Shown: piece by piece, positions 1 through 10,319 of the stretch
Layout: each line of letters starts with the position of its first letter
Position numbering within the stretch: the stretch's first letter is position 1
Origin: a virus
Lineage: Duplodnaviria; Caudoviricetes
Reading direction: 5' to 3' (one strand)
IMG/VR virus record: IMGVR_UViG_3300011832_000001
Coordinates: 59,867 to 123,866 of that record
DNA length: 64,000 bases
Made by a program: the position numbers and the translations under genes
The notes under the pieces: model-generated
Told to the model about the DNA's origin: nothing
What the model saw: only the letters and a program-made list of their open reading frames with translations
Database searches by the model: none

Positions 1-3000
1 CTTCTTTTGTTGCTTTTTTACTAGATATTTTTTGTTGCAGTTCTTGTCTTCTCATTATAGCTTGTTTCTTAGCTAAGTCTAGATTTTCTTTCATTGCATT
101 TCTTTCTGCATTTGAAGAAGATAGGAATTTCTCTGCTGAGAAATCTTCATTGCTAAGAGATGAAATTTGATTGATTATATTCTCAATTAAAGCAGAGTTA
201 TCAGCCAAAGCGTTTGTTTTTTCTTTCTCTAAATCAAGAGAAGCAAAAGCATTTGCAACGACACTTTGCATATTAGAATCCATTTCTTGATACGCCTGTG
301 AAGTCTGAACTGTATTTACCAATCTTGTTCTAGCTAGGTTTAATTGTTGGTCTTCAAGATTTTTTCTTCTGTTTTCCAACATAGTAATTTCTGCAATTTG
401 TTGTTTTGTTTCTTTATAAGCTCCCGTAGCCTGTTTTACATTATCTGAGCTTACTCCCGTAATTCCTGTAGATACCTTTTTATCTCCACTACTACCGTTT
501 TCTTTTCTTGTTTCGTTTCTAAGTTCAATTTCTTCTTTTTTGTTTCTTTCGATTTCTTTAGTTAAGGCTTTATAAGAATCAGCTAATTCTTCATTTTCTT
601 CCATTTTTTTGTAAAGAGCCATATCTCTAGCTAATTCTAATGATGCTTTCATAGCTTCATTATTAGCTAAGATTGCACGACCTTCTGAGTCATGTCCAAT
701 TACTAATGAAGGGAATAATTGAGCCAATCTTTCTTTAGCTTCTGCAAGCTTTTTAGTTTGTTCTGTGCTTAGGTTTTCTTGTTCGCTAAGTTCATAATAA
801 ACATCAGTTGCGACTTTTACCTCACCTGCGTTTTGATTCAATGTTTGAGCCATTGCACCCATAGTGTTGTTGAACTCTTCTACTTTTTGTTTTGCTTCTG
901 AGCTTTTTCTCATTAACCATTCAAATCCGAAGCTAATAGCACCAAGAGCTATCCCAACACCCAATGCAGATGCTAGACCTGTGAATGCACTTCTAAGACC
1001 TGCTAGAGCTAGCGTTGCTCCTTGTGAAGCTTTTGTCAATTTACCCATAGTTGTTGTTGTTTGTCCTAAGTTATTAGTTGTTTCACGAGAAACGACTAAA
1101 CCTCCACCCGAAACATTTCCGAATCTAGAAGGAAGTTCTCTTTGAACATTTGCTTTTTGACCTGTAGCTACAGTTTTAGTTCCACCAACAAGTGTACCTT
1201 GAGCTGTGGCTTCCATAGCTTTCATAGTGTTTAGATTCTGAACTAAGACACCTTGTGCTCCTTTTAGTTTTGCAATCCACTGACTCGTAAGACCGACAAG
1301 ACCTGAGAAACTTAAAACTGTCTTATTAGAAATCTGCCACCAAACAGCTAATAATGCACCAATTGGAGCGATAATTGTAGGAAGTAGCCCAACAGTATCA
1401 ACTATTTTAGAGAACCCTTTAATTAAGTCTCCTACGATTTCAACCGCATTAATAAAAGCAGGTGTCAAGAAAGCATCTCCTAAAACAAGAGACATTTCAG
1501 TAAATAGGTTTTTCAATCTATTTTGACGAGCTTCTAGAGATTTTTGATAGTTGATATTCTCGTTAATTGCAGAACCGTATGAATTCATAGATGCTTCTAC
1601 AGCACTTACTGCTTCATCTTGTTGTTGCATTAGAATATTGAAACGTGCAATATGGTCACGACCTGCAAGAGCCATAGCCGTATTGTTTTGTTGTTCAGTT
1701 GTAAGTGTTCCCCACTTACCTGCGACCTCATCTAGAATATCTCCAACTTTTAAGAACTCGCCATTCATATCACGAGTTGCTACACCAATAGCTTCAAGAG
1801 CGCTTTCGCCACCTGAACTTAAAGTACGAGTGTAGATTGTTTTCAATGAACGACCGATTGTAGAACCTGCTTCACGAGTAATTTGACCGATAGCTGTAAT
1901 GTCACCGATTACTTCATTCATCGAAACACCAACAGATACAGCAGAACCTGCCACTCTTGAAAGACCTTCTGCAAGTTGCTTAGAGCTTATAGAGAATTGG
2001 TTATCGACTTCGTTAATCGAGTCAACTACACGAATAGCTTGCTCTTCTACAATACCAAAGGCTTTAGTAATAGATGTGATATACTCTGATGATTCAGTTG
2101 CATCTAAATCAGAAATGTTATTGAAAATCTGAGATGCTTCTGTCATAGCCATCAATCCATCTCCACTGAAACCTTGTTTAGCAAAGTTTGTCATGATGTC
2201 AGTAACCTCTTGAATAGTATTACCTAATTCTTGAGCTTTGTCAATAGCACCCTCTAACATTCCTTCAAAGTTAGTGTCTGCATCAAGTACACGTTTCCAT
2301 TCTGTCAATGCCTTATCGACATTTAGAATTTCTGTATACATATTTCTGAATGCATTAATTGTACCATAGATTGCAGTAGTTGCGATACCCCAAGTTGCAG
2401 TACGACCAATAGCGATAAGCATTTGTTGCATTTGACTTAAATCACGGTTTGATAGACGTTGCATGGCTTCTCCAAGTTTGTTAACATCACCTGTAGCACC
2501 ATTCATTTGGTATCTTGTAATCTTCCAAGATTTATTATGTTTATCCATAGTTTTCGTTGAAAACTCATATACAGTTTGATTTAAATCATTAACCGATTTC
2601 TTGAATGAATACAATTGACCTTGTGGAAGAGATTGAGCGTATTTTTGAGTTGCATTTTGAATAGATGCATCATTACCCAATTGATAACCAACTCTTTGAA
2701 GACCCAATGTAGCACTAGCATCTTTTTCACCTGATGCAATAGTTGCTCTAGCTTTATCTCTTTCCTGTCTCATCAGACGAAGTTCAGCAGTAACACGCTC
2801 TACATCAACAGCAGAAACTTTAGCACCTCTAGAAAGTCTATCGAAAACATCAACAGAATTTCTCATGCTTACGTTTCCTTCTCGACCAAAAGCTCTAAGT
2901 TGCTCTCTTAGAGTTTCGAAGTCTAATTTCATAGCTCTAAGTTTATTTCCTGCTTTTTCGAAACCATTGTTAAGACCTAATTTTGTGATTTCTTCACTAA

Positions 3001-4027
3001 CGTCTTGGATACTTTCACGAGCTTCATTTCTCTGTCCTCTACCCATAGCAAATAGGCTTGCATTGTATTTATTGATGTTTTCATCTGTAAGATTACCTAC
3101 ACCTGCAACGGATGCTTGAGACCCATACATTGCTTGAGCCTTTTTCAAATCATTATATATTTTTATTTTTTGATGAGCGATTTTTTTAAAGTCAGCATAC
3201 TCTTGTTGTTGAATAGATATTTTCTTTTTGATTTGATTTATCTCATCAATTGTTCTAGTTTTAGATATTCCTTGATTGAATGAATTCATATCATCTTTGT
3301 TAAGTTTACCACTTGTGTAGCTTTGCTCGATAACTGCTCTAAGTTGTCTTCTAGCAATTACCAATTCTTTTAATTTTGCTTTTTGATTGTCAAGCTCACG
3401 GATAGACCTTGCTGTTGCAACTCTACTATCATCAGCGCCTTTTTCAACTACAAAATTAAGAGCCTTAGCTTCACCTTTTGCATTCTTTAAGTTTACAGTA
3501 AATCTTTGAAGCTCTTTGTTCCCATCAATGAATAGAGATTGCATATCTAAAGATGCGTTAAATCCTTTGAATTCTTTTTTTACTTTATTCAAAGTATTGT
3601 AAGCAACTTCCATATCATCTTTACCCATACCGATAAGGTTTTGTAATCCACCTTTATTGCCATTTTTAGATGTGATTGTATTTTGCATACCTGTTTGAAG
3701 TTTTGCAACCTCAGCTTTTGCTTTCTTAATATCAGAAGCAGATACTTTAATCCCAACATCTGCTAAGTTTAATCCTAAGTTTTTAGTCGCTACAGCCCAA
3801 GCACTTCTGATTTGGGTTTGATTAAATTTAGCTCCAACCTTTACCTCAATATTTGGGATAGCTAAAAATCTATCTCTAATTTTTTTAATTAGACCTTTGT
3901 CAAGTCTAAAGTTATCGATTGTAACAGTTGCTTTGATACCATCTTTTAAGAACTGTTTAGGCTTTGCACCCATTTTAATGCTCTCAACGGTAAGCATTAC
4001 AAAAGTTTGTTCATTTCTTCCGTCCAT
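1..4027 (-). CDS. Tape measure protein, 5' part (continues beyond window start)
   Basis: Not in ORF track (no stop in window). ATG at 4027 (MDGRNEQTFV) with purine-rich RBS. TP901-type core (DKALTEWKRVLD...TNFAKQGF...DSINEVDNQFSISSKQLAEGLSR...IGRSLKTIYTR). Lies downstream of tail genes. Confidence 0.93.
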   Translation of the reverse strand, partial: MDGRNEQTFVMLTVESIKMGAKPKQFLKDGIKATVTIDNFRLDKGLIKKIRDRFLAIPNIEVKVGAKFNQTQIRSAWAVATKNLGLNLADVGIKVSASDIKKAKAEVAKLQTGMQNTITSKNGNKGGLQNLIGMGKDDMEVAYNTLNKVKKEFKGFNASLDMQSLFIDGNKELQRFTVNLKNAKGEAKALNFVVEKGADDSRVATARSIRELDNQKAKLKELVIARRQLRAVIEQSYTSGKLNKDDMNSFNQGISKTRTIDEINQIKKKISIQQQEYADFKKIAHQKIKIYNDLKKAQAMYGSQASVAGVGNLTDENINKYNASLFAMGRGQRNEARESIQDVSEEITKLGLNNGFEKAGNKLRAMKLDFETLREQLRAFGREGNVSMRNSVDVFDRLSRGAKVSAVDVERVTAELRLMRQERDKARATIASGEKDASATLGLQRVGYQLGNDASIQNATQKYAQSLPQGQLYSFKKSVNDLNQTVYEFSTKTMDKHNKSWKITRYQMNGATGDVNKLGEAMQRLSNRDLSQMQQMLIAIGRTATWGIATTAIYGTINAFRNMYTEILNVDKALTEWKRVLDADTNFEGMLEGAIDKAQELGNTIQEVTDIMTNFAKQGFSGDGLMAMTEASQIFNNISDLDATESSEYITSITKAFGIVEEQAIRVVDSINEVDNQFSISSKQLAEGLSRVAGSAVSVGVSMNEVIGDITAIGQITREAGSTIGRSLKTIYTRTLSSGGESALEAIGVATRDMNGEFLKVGDILDEVAGKWGTLTTEQQNNTAMALAGRDHIARFNILMQQQDEAVSAVEASMNSYGSAINENINYQKSLEARQNRLKNLFTEMSLVLGDAFLTPAFINAVEIVGDLIKGFSKIVDTVGLLPTIIAPIGALLAVWWQISNKTVLSFSGLVGLTSQWIAKLKGAQGVLVQNLNTMKAMEATAQGTLVGGTKTVATGQKANVQRELPSRFGNVSGGGLVVSRETTNNLGQTTTTMGKLTKASQGATLALAGLRSAFTGLASALGVGIALGAISFGFEWLMRKSSEAKQKVEEFNNTMGAMAQTLNQNAGEVKVATDVYYELSEQENLSTEQTKKLAEAKERLAQLFPSLVIGHDSEGRAILANNEAMKASLELARDMALYKKMEENEELADSYKALTKEIERNKKEEIELRNETRKENGSSGDKKVSTGITGVSSDNVKQATGAYKETKQQIAEITMLENRRKNLEDQQLNLARTRLVNTVQTSQAYQEMDSNMQSVVANAFASLDLEKEKTNALADNSALIENIINQISSLSNEDFSAEKFLSSSNAERNAMKENLDLAKKQAIMRRQELQQKISSKKATKE

Positions 4028-4055
4028 TTATTTCCCTTCCTTTCCTTTTTTATAC

Positions 4056-4093
4056 AAAAAAAATGGGGTATAACTAGTTTTAGTTATACCCCG
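4056..4093 (-). terminator. Rho-independent terminator
   Basis: ggggtataacta/tagttatacccc stem followed by a T-run on the minus strand. Confidence 0.75.
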
Positions 4094-4107
4094 TATGTGT
4101 TTATAAA

Positions 4108-4665
4108 TTACCAATATGGAACTCCCATAGAATAATTATCATTTCCTGAATACCCTTTAGATGTTGAATATCTAATTATCTTCACGGGCAAACTTTTTGG
4201 CATCTTAACGTATTCATCAATTGCCCTTCCTATAAAATCATACCCACGAAAATACCCAAATCTAGGAACATCCCTAAATGAAGGTTTTCGAGTTTTCCAA
4301 CCTTGAGAGATTAGAATTGCGCTATGACCTTTGTTTGTATTAGAGCTAAATAAACTATCTCTTATAACCTTTGAATCATCAAATTCTATATAGACATAGT
4401 AATAAGCTCTGCCATTAAAAATTGTTTTCCTCACACCTGTTTGAACCAAACTGTGTAATAACCTATATTGTCTTTCATAGACTGTAGGTTGATAAGAAGC
4501 ATAATAAGCTTCAATGTGCTTTTGAATTAAACTTCTTAAAATTGTAGCTTCTCTATCTAACATACTGACTAGAACTGTTTCCTGTAAAGAACTTCCCTGT
4601 CTAGCCATTTCGGGAATTCGCATTATTAAATCATTCGGACTTGGATTCATCTTCAACAACTTCAT
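4108..4665 (-). CDS. Tail-region virion protein (HK97 gp10-like neck/tail completion type)
   Basis: YYASYQPTVYERQY motif; lies between chaperone and tape measure genes; start uncertain. Confidence 0.55.
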   Translation of the reverse strand: MKLLKMNPSPNDLIMRIPEMARQGSSLQETVLVSMLDREATILRSLIQKHIEAYYASYQPTVYERQYRLLHSLVQTGVRKTIFNGRAYYYVYIEFDDSKVIRDSLFSSNTNKGHSAILISQGWKTRKPSFRDVPRFGYFRGYDFIGRAIDEYVKMPKSLPVKIIRYSTSKGYSGNDNYSMGVPYW

Positions 4666-5188
4666 TTCTTAAGAAATCAAATTGAGCCAATACCTCATCA
4701 TTTTGAATACTTTGTTCAGCTTGTTCTAAAGCAATAGAAATATTTTCATTATTCTTTTCAATGAAATCAGAAATATATTTAAACACTGATGCAACTTGGT
4801 CTTCATCCATTGTTTTAACAACATCAGTCCAAAGTCCTGCATCTACAAAATCAAATACAGAAGACATTACTTCCGAATAAGTCTCTCCAATATCATCCAA
4901 GCTAGTGAAATGCTTCAAGCATAGAGCAATGATATAAGCTCCAAAATTAGTTTCTTTTTCTTCTACTGTAAATTTGTATTCTTCATTTTCATCTTCATAA
5001 ATTAAATTAGCAACCATCTCAGAAGCTAAATCAGCTTTCTTCGATTCAACAAATCTAGAGTCAACTTCAATCCAATAAGTGATTTCAGCACCCTCTTCAT
5101 TTGTGACTGTAATGGTTTTCTTTTCACGCTTTGGTGTAAAGTCCTTATTAACTTTTGCTAATGTAAGTTTTTTACCTTTATTTGCCAT
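4631..5188 (-). CDS. Putative tail assembly chaperone
   Basis: Acidic 185-aa protein between major tail and tape measure genes; start reassigned to MANKGKK (AGGAGAG RBS). Confidence 0.6.
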   Translation of the reverse strand: MANKGKKLTLAKVNKDFTPKREKKTITVTNEEGAEITYWIEVDSRFVESKKADLASEMVANLIYEDENEEYKFTVEEKETNFGAYIIALCLKHFTSLDDIGETYSEVMSSVFDFVDAGLWTDVVKTMDEDQVASVFKYISDFIEKNNENISIALEQAEQSIQNDEVLAQFDFLRNEVVEDESKSE

Positions 5189-5280
5189 TTCTTTTCTCTC
5201 CCTTTTAATCATAAAATCTTGTCGCATTGGCGACTTTATTATAGGGAGAAATAAATTCTCCCTACTAAAAATCGTCAATC

Positions 5281-7560
5281 TTAGTAACGAATCAATTCAA
5301 CCATTTTCTTACCATTCGCATCTTGAAGTACATCAAGGTTGAATGTGAAAGTAGATGGGTTCTCAGGGTCTAACGTGATAGTCATACCCGGTAATAGCTT
5401 CGCTTTTGGAATGTTGATTTGGAATGCATGGTCTTTACCATCTTTTTCATTACGAACCAATGTGTTAGCAACAACACGGTAAGTTGATGGATAGTCGTTA
5501 GAGTTAAATGTAACTGTAACTGCTTCCGTAACTTCTTTTTCGTAGTAGATGATATACTGAGCACCAACTACAAGAGCTGTTCCTGCAAGAGTAACAGAAC
5601 CTGTAACAAACTGATAACCATCAGTAGCACTATCAGCGATTTCCTCACCACTACCACCATCAGCCAACATTTGAACCTGAACAACTGTTTCTGCATCTGC
5701 AACAGGAATTACACCATCAGCAGGAGCTACAGCTTTCTTAGTAAGCATAACTGTTTTAGTTCCTGTCTCAGCTTGTGTACCTGCCATCATAGCCAATGAT
5801 TGGTCAGAAAGTAAAGCATCCTCTACTTGTAATTGTCCTTCCTATTGTATTCGCTATAAGTCGCAACACTTATAACCGTTCTTGCCAAGTAGTATCAAGA
5901 ACTGCTTATGGTTTCCCATAAGTATAGACTATATCAAAAACTCAATCGAGTTCCTTCCCATTTCCAACACCATTAGCTTGTGTTGTACTCGCATTTCAGC
6001 GATAGTCGTTGAGGATTGAATCTATATTATTTTTTAAAATTTGTAAATTGTAATTTCTATATCTAGCATAGTTTCTTTGTCTTACTCTTATCAAAGGAAT
6101 ATTCATATTTTCACAATATTCATTTTTGGTATTATCATTTGATTTTTGATTTTCAAAGCTACTTTCTCCGCCAAAGAATTCAATTGGCTTATAGTGTTGC
6201 TCTCCGTCAAATTCAATCAGACATATCAACTTATTTTTATGATATACTCCAAAATCAAATCTAAGACTATAATTTTGATTTATGCCACTCTTTAAATCTT
6301 CGAATGTTACTTCTCTTTCTACTTCCAATTTAAATTCATTGATAAGATTAAAGTATAGGTCATCTGCCCAAATGTTATTTGATTTTCTACAGAAATCACA
6401 TTTTGAACCACCCATAACTTTATGATGATATTTTTCATTTAATTTATGACAATCAGAACATTTATATAGAGACTTCTCTCTGCTACCTCTGTACTCAATC
6501 ATTATTAAATTCATATATCCTTGAAATTTATTAATTATCTCAGCATTGCAAATTTCTAAATTTTTTAATTTGGAATTTGAGCAAGATGGACAATTATCAT
6601 TTCCTGAAATTCGAAGTCTGACAAAAGAACAATCAAAATCATTTGAACATGAATTACATTTCAGAAAAACTCTCTCATCATCAAAATCAATTAAGCTATA
6701 ATTTTTTTCCTTACAGCTCTCATCTATTAAAGATTTTCTACTACATCTCTTACATGAATATCCACGATGAGAAAAGTTAGATGGAATAACATTAACTTCC
6801 TCTAAACATTTATTGCAGGATATAGTAACTGATGTTTTAGCGTTTTTATAATCCGAAATCAATTTAAAATCAAATTCTTTTAATTTATTATAGAATTTAC
6901 TCATAATATAGACTCCTTTCCTGCGTATTATCCATTTTAATTATATCATATATAATTAAATCTGTCAACTTTTTATAGCATTTACGTTTGTGTTTCCACT
7001 CCGCTTTAGCATGACAGCTTTAGGATTTTCACGCATTTAAAGAAGTTTCGACATGGCATCACTACCATGAAGCGCAAATTATTTACGGTTGTAGTCCCCA
7101 CTACAAATATATTCAATACAGTTCGTTAAGCTGTATTCGTCATAAGACTGCTCATAGTTTCCCATGAGATTAGACTATATCTTCAATCAATTAAGATTGC
7201 CCTCCGTTTCCATTCACTTGAATGTACGTTAAAAACTAGTCGTTGAAGTTTACCCATTTTAAAGGGTCTTACCTGCTTATTGTCCAATCCTAAATATTTT
7301 CAAGCATTCACACTTACCTTTTCAGATTATGTTGTAGCTATTTAGGCTCTAAGGATTTTCAAGCAATTAGAAGGGTTTTAATTGAGCAGGACTTTCGTTT
7401 ACCCAATGATACGTGGATTACCTTGTCCACCTCGCGCATAAACAGTCTCTCCCGTTAACTCTAGGTTAGACATTTTAGCTGTGTCCATGAAAAGGACAGG
7501 TTTATTTGTTTCTAAGTCGATGAAAATTAAATCAGCAACCTCTTTAATACCATAACGCAT
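5281..7560 (-). CDS. Major tail protein, spliced: exons 7560-7401, 7098-7085, 5841-5281 (244 aa)
   Basis: Exons 160+14+561 = 735 nt join in frame to give MRYGIKEVADL...ARGGQGNPRIIG-WDYNR-EGQLQVEDALL...FQINIPKAKL...DPENPSTFTFNLDVL, a typical SPbeta-like tail tube sequence. Confidence 0.9.
5842..7084 (-). ncRNA. Group I intron 2 of the major tail gene (1243 nt, carries endonuclease ORF)
   Basis: P1 CGT|AAAT with ATTTGCG gives U.G; core TCAACGACTAT and TGATATAGTCTA; terminal G at 5842. Confidence 0.9.
5996..6904 (-). CDS. Intron-encoded homing endonuclease (CxxC zinc-ribbon repeats + Vsr-like/PD-(D/E)xK domain)
   Basis: Repeated CxxC pairs; C-terminal LRFDF...IEFDGEQHY...KNEYC...IPLIRV; ORF ends inside the intron core. 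Confidence 0.85.
   Translation of the reverse strand: MSKFYNKLKEFDFKLISDYKNAKTSVTISCNKCLEEVNVIPSNFSHRGYSCKRCSRKSLIDESCKEKNYSLIDFDDERVFLKCNSCSNDFDCSFVRLRISGNDNCPSCSNSKLKNLEICNAEIINKFQGYMNLIMIEYRGSREKSLYKCSDCHKLNEKYHHKVMGGSKCDFCRKSNNIWADDLYFNLINEFKLEVEREVTFEDLKSGINQNYSLRFDFGVYHKNKLICLIEFDGEQHYKPIEFFGGESSFENQKSNDNTKNEYCENMNIPLIRVRQRNYARYRNYNLQILKNNIDSILNDYR
7099..7400 (-). ncRNA. Group I intron 1 of the major tail gene (302 nt, no ORF)
   Basis: Exon ends in U and intron ends in G. P1: ATTGGGT pairs with GCTCAAT, with U.G at the splice site. P10: AGTCCT with exon GGGACT. Core TCAACGACTAG and GAAGATATAGTCTAA (P7 GACUA/UAGUC). Confidence 0.9.
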
Positions 7561-7631
7561 TAAATTTTTCCTCCTTATTAATAAAAAAACTTTCAGTAAA
7601 TTTGCTTCTCGATATAGGACTCTCACCTATA

Positions 7632-8351
7632 TCAAGATTCAGGATTACTACTCCAATGTTTCATCTCAACGTCTTTTGCTCCTTGCAATAGAGCGCCAAA
7701 ATTCATTTCAAACTCATCAATCATCTGTAGGCGCTTGTACTCATCATAAAGCTGATAAACTGTCAAGTCCCAAATTTTGAGCTTGTCTAAACTATTGCTC
7801 CTTGTGCTTACTGATGATATAATGTCAGAGAATCTAATAGGTGATTCACTACTCTTTGCTTTTCCGATTTTTTCTTTAGCTTGCTTAATTTTTGAAGCTA
7901 TCTCTTCGGCTTTTGGGTCAGCAGGAACATATTTCTCTGATTCGGAATCGGCTAGACCATAAAGTATTTTAACAATATTGATGACTTCGTAGTATTTATC
8001 ACGACTTAATATTTTTCCTTTATTGTCACCCGACTCAAAAATAATCTCTAGATTATTATTTAGGTTCACTTTTGACTTAAAGACTAATTCGAAAGCTCTA
8101 AGCATATTCAAGAATTGTTCATTTTGCCCCACAAGTTTAAAATATTGATGTGGCATTAGATAACGAGCTTCCTTAGGTAATCCTTTGAAAAACTCCTCAT
8201 CTAAATCGAAAGTTACATATGATAAAACCTTAGCATAATCTTCATAGCCCATATCTTTAATCTCTCTCAAAGTAAGCGAGGGGATGCTTATTCCTTGATA
8301 GTCTATAGGTTCACCTGACAATAACTTAATTGCTAATGTTTCATTAATCAT
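7632..8351 (-). CDS. Conserved virion morphogenesis protein (tail region)
   Basis: Position in structural operon; IWDLTVYQLYDEYKRL...LLQGA...KHW motif of SPbeta-like phages. Confidence 0.55.
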   Translation of the reverse strand: MINETLAIKLLSGEPIDYQGISIPSLTLREIKDMGYEDYAKVLSYVTFDLDEEFFKGLPKEARYLMPHQYFKLVGQNEQFLNMLRAFELVFKSKVNLNNNLEIIFESGDNKGKILSRDKYYEVINIVKILYGLADSESEKYVPADPKAEEIASKIKQAKEKIGKAKSSESPIRFSDIISSVSTRSNSLDKLKIWDLTVYQLYDEYKRLQMIDEFEMNFGALLQGAKDVEMKHWSSNPES

Positions 8352-8354
8352 TAT

Positions 8355-8903
8355 TTATCGCTCGTTTTTCTCATGAATACCAAAGGCTTCGGCTACTAAC
8401 CTAACCCCATGATAGTTTTCATTAACAGGTAATTGTACAAAGTCTGTGAATCTTAAAATTCCCAATGTACTTTTACTTTGTTCAGGTGTTTTCGATTCTG
8501 CTTCGAATGTATTCATAATCTCTCTAGCAATTGAAAAAGCTCTGACTTGTTTTGACATGACCCCATCAGTAGGTCTTGGAGCATTTATAGTCCACATAGA
8601 TACAGGTACGATAATATCAAAAAGAATCGGAATATCCGTCATAGTCATAGAGCCATCGAATTTCCCACTTTCAATGTACACACGGAGAATAATCTCATCA
8701 TGTTCAGGTACACTTTCAGGGCTGAATGGATATGGCTGTAATTCTCTGTATATCATCTTCTCTGTTTTCAAAGGACGACCCAACGGGTCATCTTCTTTAT
8801 TTTGTACTAACTTTTTTAAAATTTCATTTCTTTCCATCTCATAAAGTAAAATGGCAGTATCATTATTTAGAATGTCGAAAATATGCATTAGAAAGGACTC
8901 CAT
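8355..8903 (-). CDS. Putative tail terminator/neck protein
   Basis: Synteny and size; translationally coupled. Confidence 0.45.
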   Translation of the reverse strand: MESFLMHIFDILNNDTAILLYEMERNEILKKLVQNKEDDPLGRPLKTEKMIYRELQPYPFSPESVPEHDEIILRVYIESGKFDGSMTMTDIPILFDIIVPVSMWTINAPRPTDGVMSKQVRAFSIAREIMNTFEAESKTPEQSKSTLGILRFTDFVQLPVNENYHGVRLVAEAFGIHEKNER

Positions 8904-9583
8904 TCTGTATCATCACCACTATGACTTCCTGAATTAGCAACATCGTTATTAGCAATGTCATTAACCAAATCGTCTTTCGGGCTGATGTTGTCTGTTTTTG
9001 CTACAATTCTTAAAATATTTTCAATACTTACATTATCGATACTTTCAATAACGTAAGCTTGTCCTTTGATTAAGAATCTCATGTTGACTCTTATTTTCCT
9101 AGAGTTTTCATTCTCTTGTACATAAAAGTCTGCTTTTGTACTAGGCGCATTAACGTCTAGCGAATCTTCACGAATGTTCGCTGTGCGATGCATACCGTGA
9201 GATAAAAATTCCAACACTTCGTTTCCAAAATCTATCTTAACTAGTGAATTAATTTTTCTAGTTTTTGCTTTAGGGAAAATTTCATTATAGTAATCAATGA
9301 ATGTCATCCACTTAGATGAATCTTCATCCATAACAATAATATCTCCTTCTCGGATTTCTGAGCCTGATTCAAATAGAAACGTTCTAGCACTTAGTTCATT
9401 TTCATTGACATATCTAGCGCCATATGTTAATACTTGACCATCAGGTTTAATTACCTGAGCTTCTATATAGTTTGGATTGTTTGCAAATACATTTGAAACG
9501 TTGTTGGCTGTATTGAGCTTTTTACTTTCTCTTATACTTCCACCTTCAACTTCCATTCTTTTTCTAAAGTTATCGAAAGCCAT
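8888..9583 (-). CDS. Putative head closure/head-tail joining protein
   Basis: Synteny; beta-rich, ends DDLVNDIANN as in SPbeta-like neck proteins. Confidence 0.5.
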   Translation of the reverse strand: MAFDNFRKRMEVEGGSIRESKKLNTANNVSNVFANNPNYIEAQVIKPDGQVLTYGARYVNENELSARTFLFESGSEIREGDIIVMDEDSSKWMTFIDYYNEIFPKAKTRKINSLVKIDFGNEVLEFLSHGMHRTANIREDSLDVNAPSTKADFYVQENENSRKIRVNMRFLIKGQAYVIESIDNVSIENILRIVAKTDNISPKDDLVNDIANNDVANSGSHSGDDTEWSPF

Positions 9584-9584
9584 A

Positions 9585-9896
9585 TTAACTCAACTCTTCT
9601 CTAACTTTTTTAATTAGACTTATGCATTTGAAAACTTCACTCTTAATTGAAGAGTGTTTAATATCATTGTTTTTTATTAAAACTTGAATCGATGCTAATG
9701 TCATTACGATTGAGATGTATTTACTATTCTGAGAAATATCCTCAGAGATTGCATACATTCCTCCCAATTCAATTAGCAATGAATCCATATATTTGTTGAT
9801 TCCCTCATTTGAATCTTCATACAAAACTAGAATTTTATAAACTCTATTAATTAATTCATCTAGGTATTTAGAAACAACTTTATCTGTCTCAGTCAT
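9585..9896 (-). CDS. Conserved neck-region protein
   Basis: LINRVYKILVLYE...KSEVFKCISLIKK; start reassigned to MTETDK. Confidence 0.5.
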   Translation of the reverse strand: MTETDKVVSKYLDELINRVYKILVLYEDSNEGINKYMDSLLIELGGMYAISEDISQNSKYISIVMTLASIQVLIKNNDIKHSSIKSEVFKCISLIKKVREELS

Positions 9897-10305
9897 TTTT
9901 AGACCCCCAATTTTTGAAGGCATATCTACTTTTCTTAGCTTCAACATCAGAGACCATAGTTTTATATAATGAAATCATTTCCTTAATATGATTAGCCTGT
10001 GAGTAGGCACGAAACTCTCTATCTGTTAATTCTCTTTCAAGCAAATTAACGTTTATAATTTTCGGTTTCAAATAAGAAACAATCATATAGTCAGAAAGAA
10101 TGTCAAGTTCTGTATTTGTTAAATCAGCATTAAAAGCAGTATCTGTAACGTCTTCTAAATCTTTTTTACAGCTACTAAATTCACCAACCGCCAAAATTAA
10201 ATAGTCATTAAGAGAATCTTTCAATTCTTCATCGGTGTATAAAACAAAAGTAAAATCTTTAACCTTAGAGAGAAACAGACGATAAACTTTATCAAATTCT
10301 GTCAT
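9889..10305 (-). CDS. Head-tail adaptor
   Basis: MTEFDKVYRLFLSKVKD...FNADLT...YSQANHI; position after capsid genes. Confidence 0.6.
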   Translation of the reverse strand: MTEFDKVYRLFLSKVKDFTFVLYTDEELKDSLNDYLILAVGEFSSCKKDLEDVTDTAFNADLTNTELDILSDYMIVSYLKPKIINVNLLERELTDREFRAYSQANHIKEMISLYKTMVSDVEAKKSRYAFKNWGSKND

Positions 10306-10319
10306 TTAAAACCTCTCCT

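Noticed and set aside
864-3119. Plus-strand ORFs 864-1145, 1551-1835, 1899-2132, 2865-3119
   Set aside because: Antisense shadows of the tape measure gene; no RBS. The same applies to other short antisense ORFs in the track.
4631-4665. Programmed frameshift (G/GT-type) at the tail chaperone overlap
   Set aside because: No X-XXY-YYZ slippery heptamer seen in the overlap, and the downstream ORF looks like an independent protein
7399-7626. 75-aa ORF and 5281-5796 as separate genes
   Set aside because: They are exons of one intron-split tail gene
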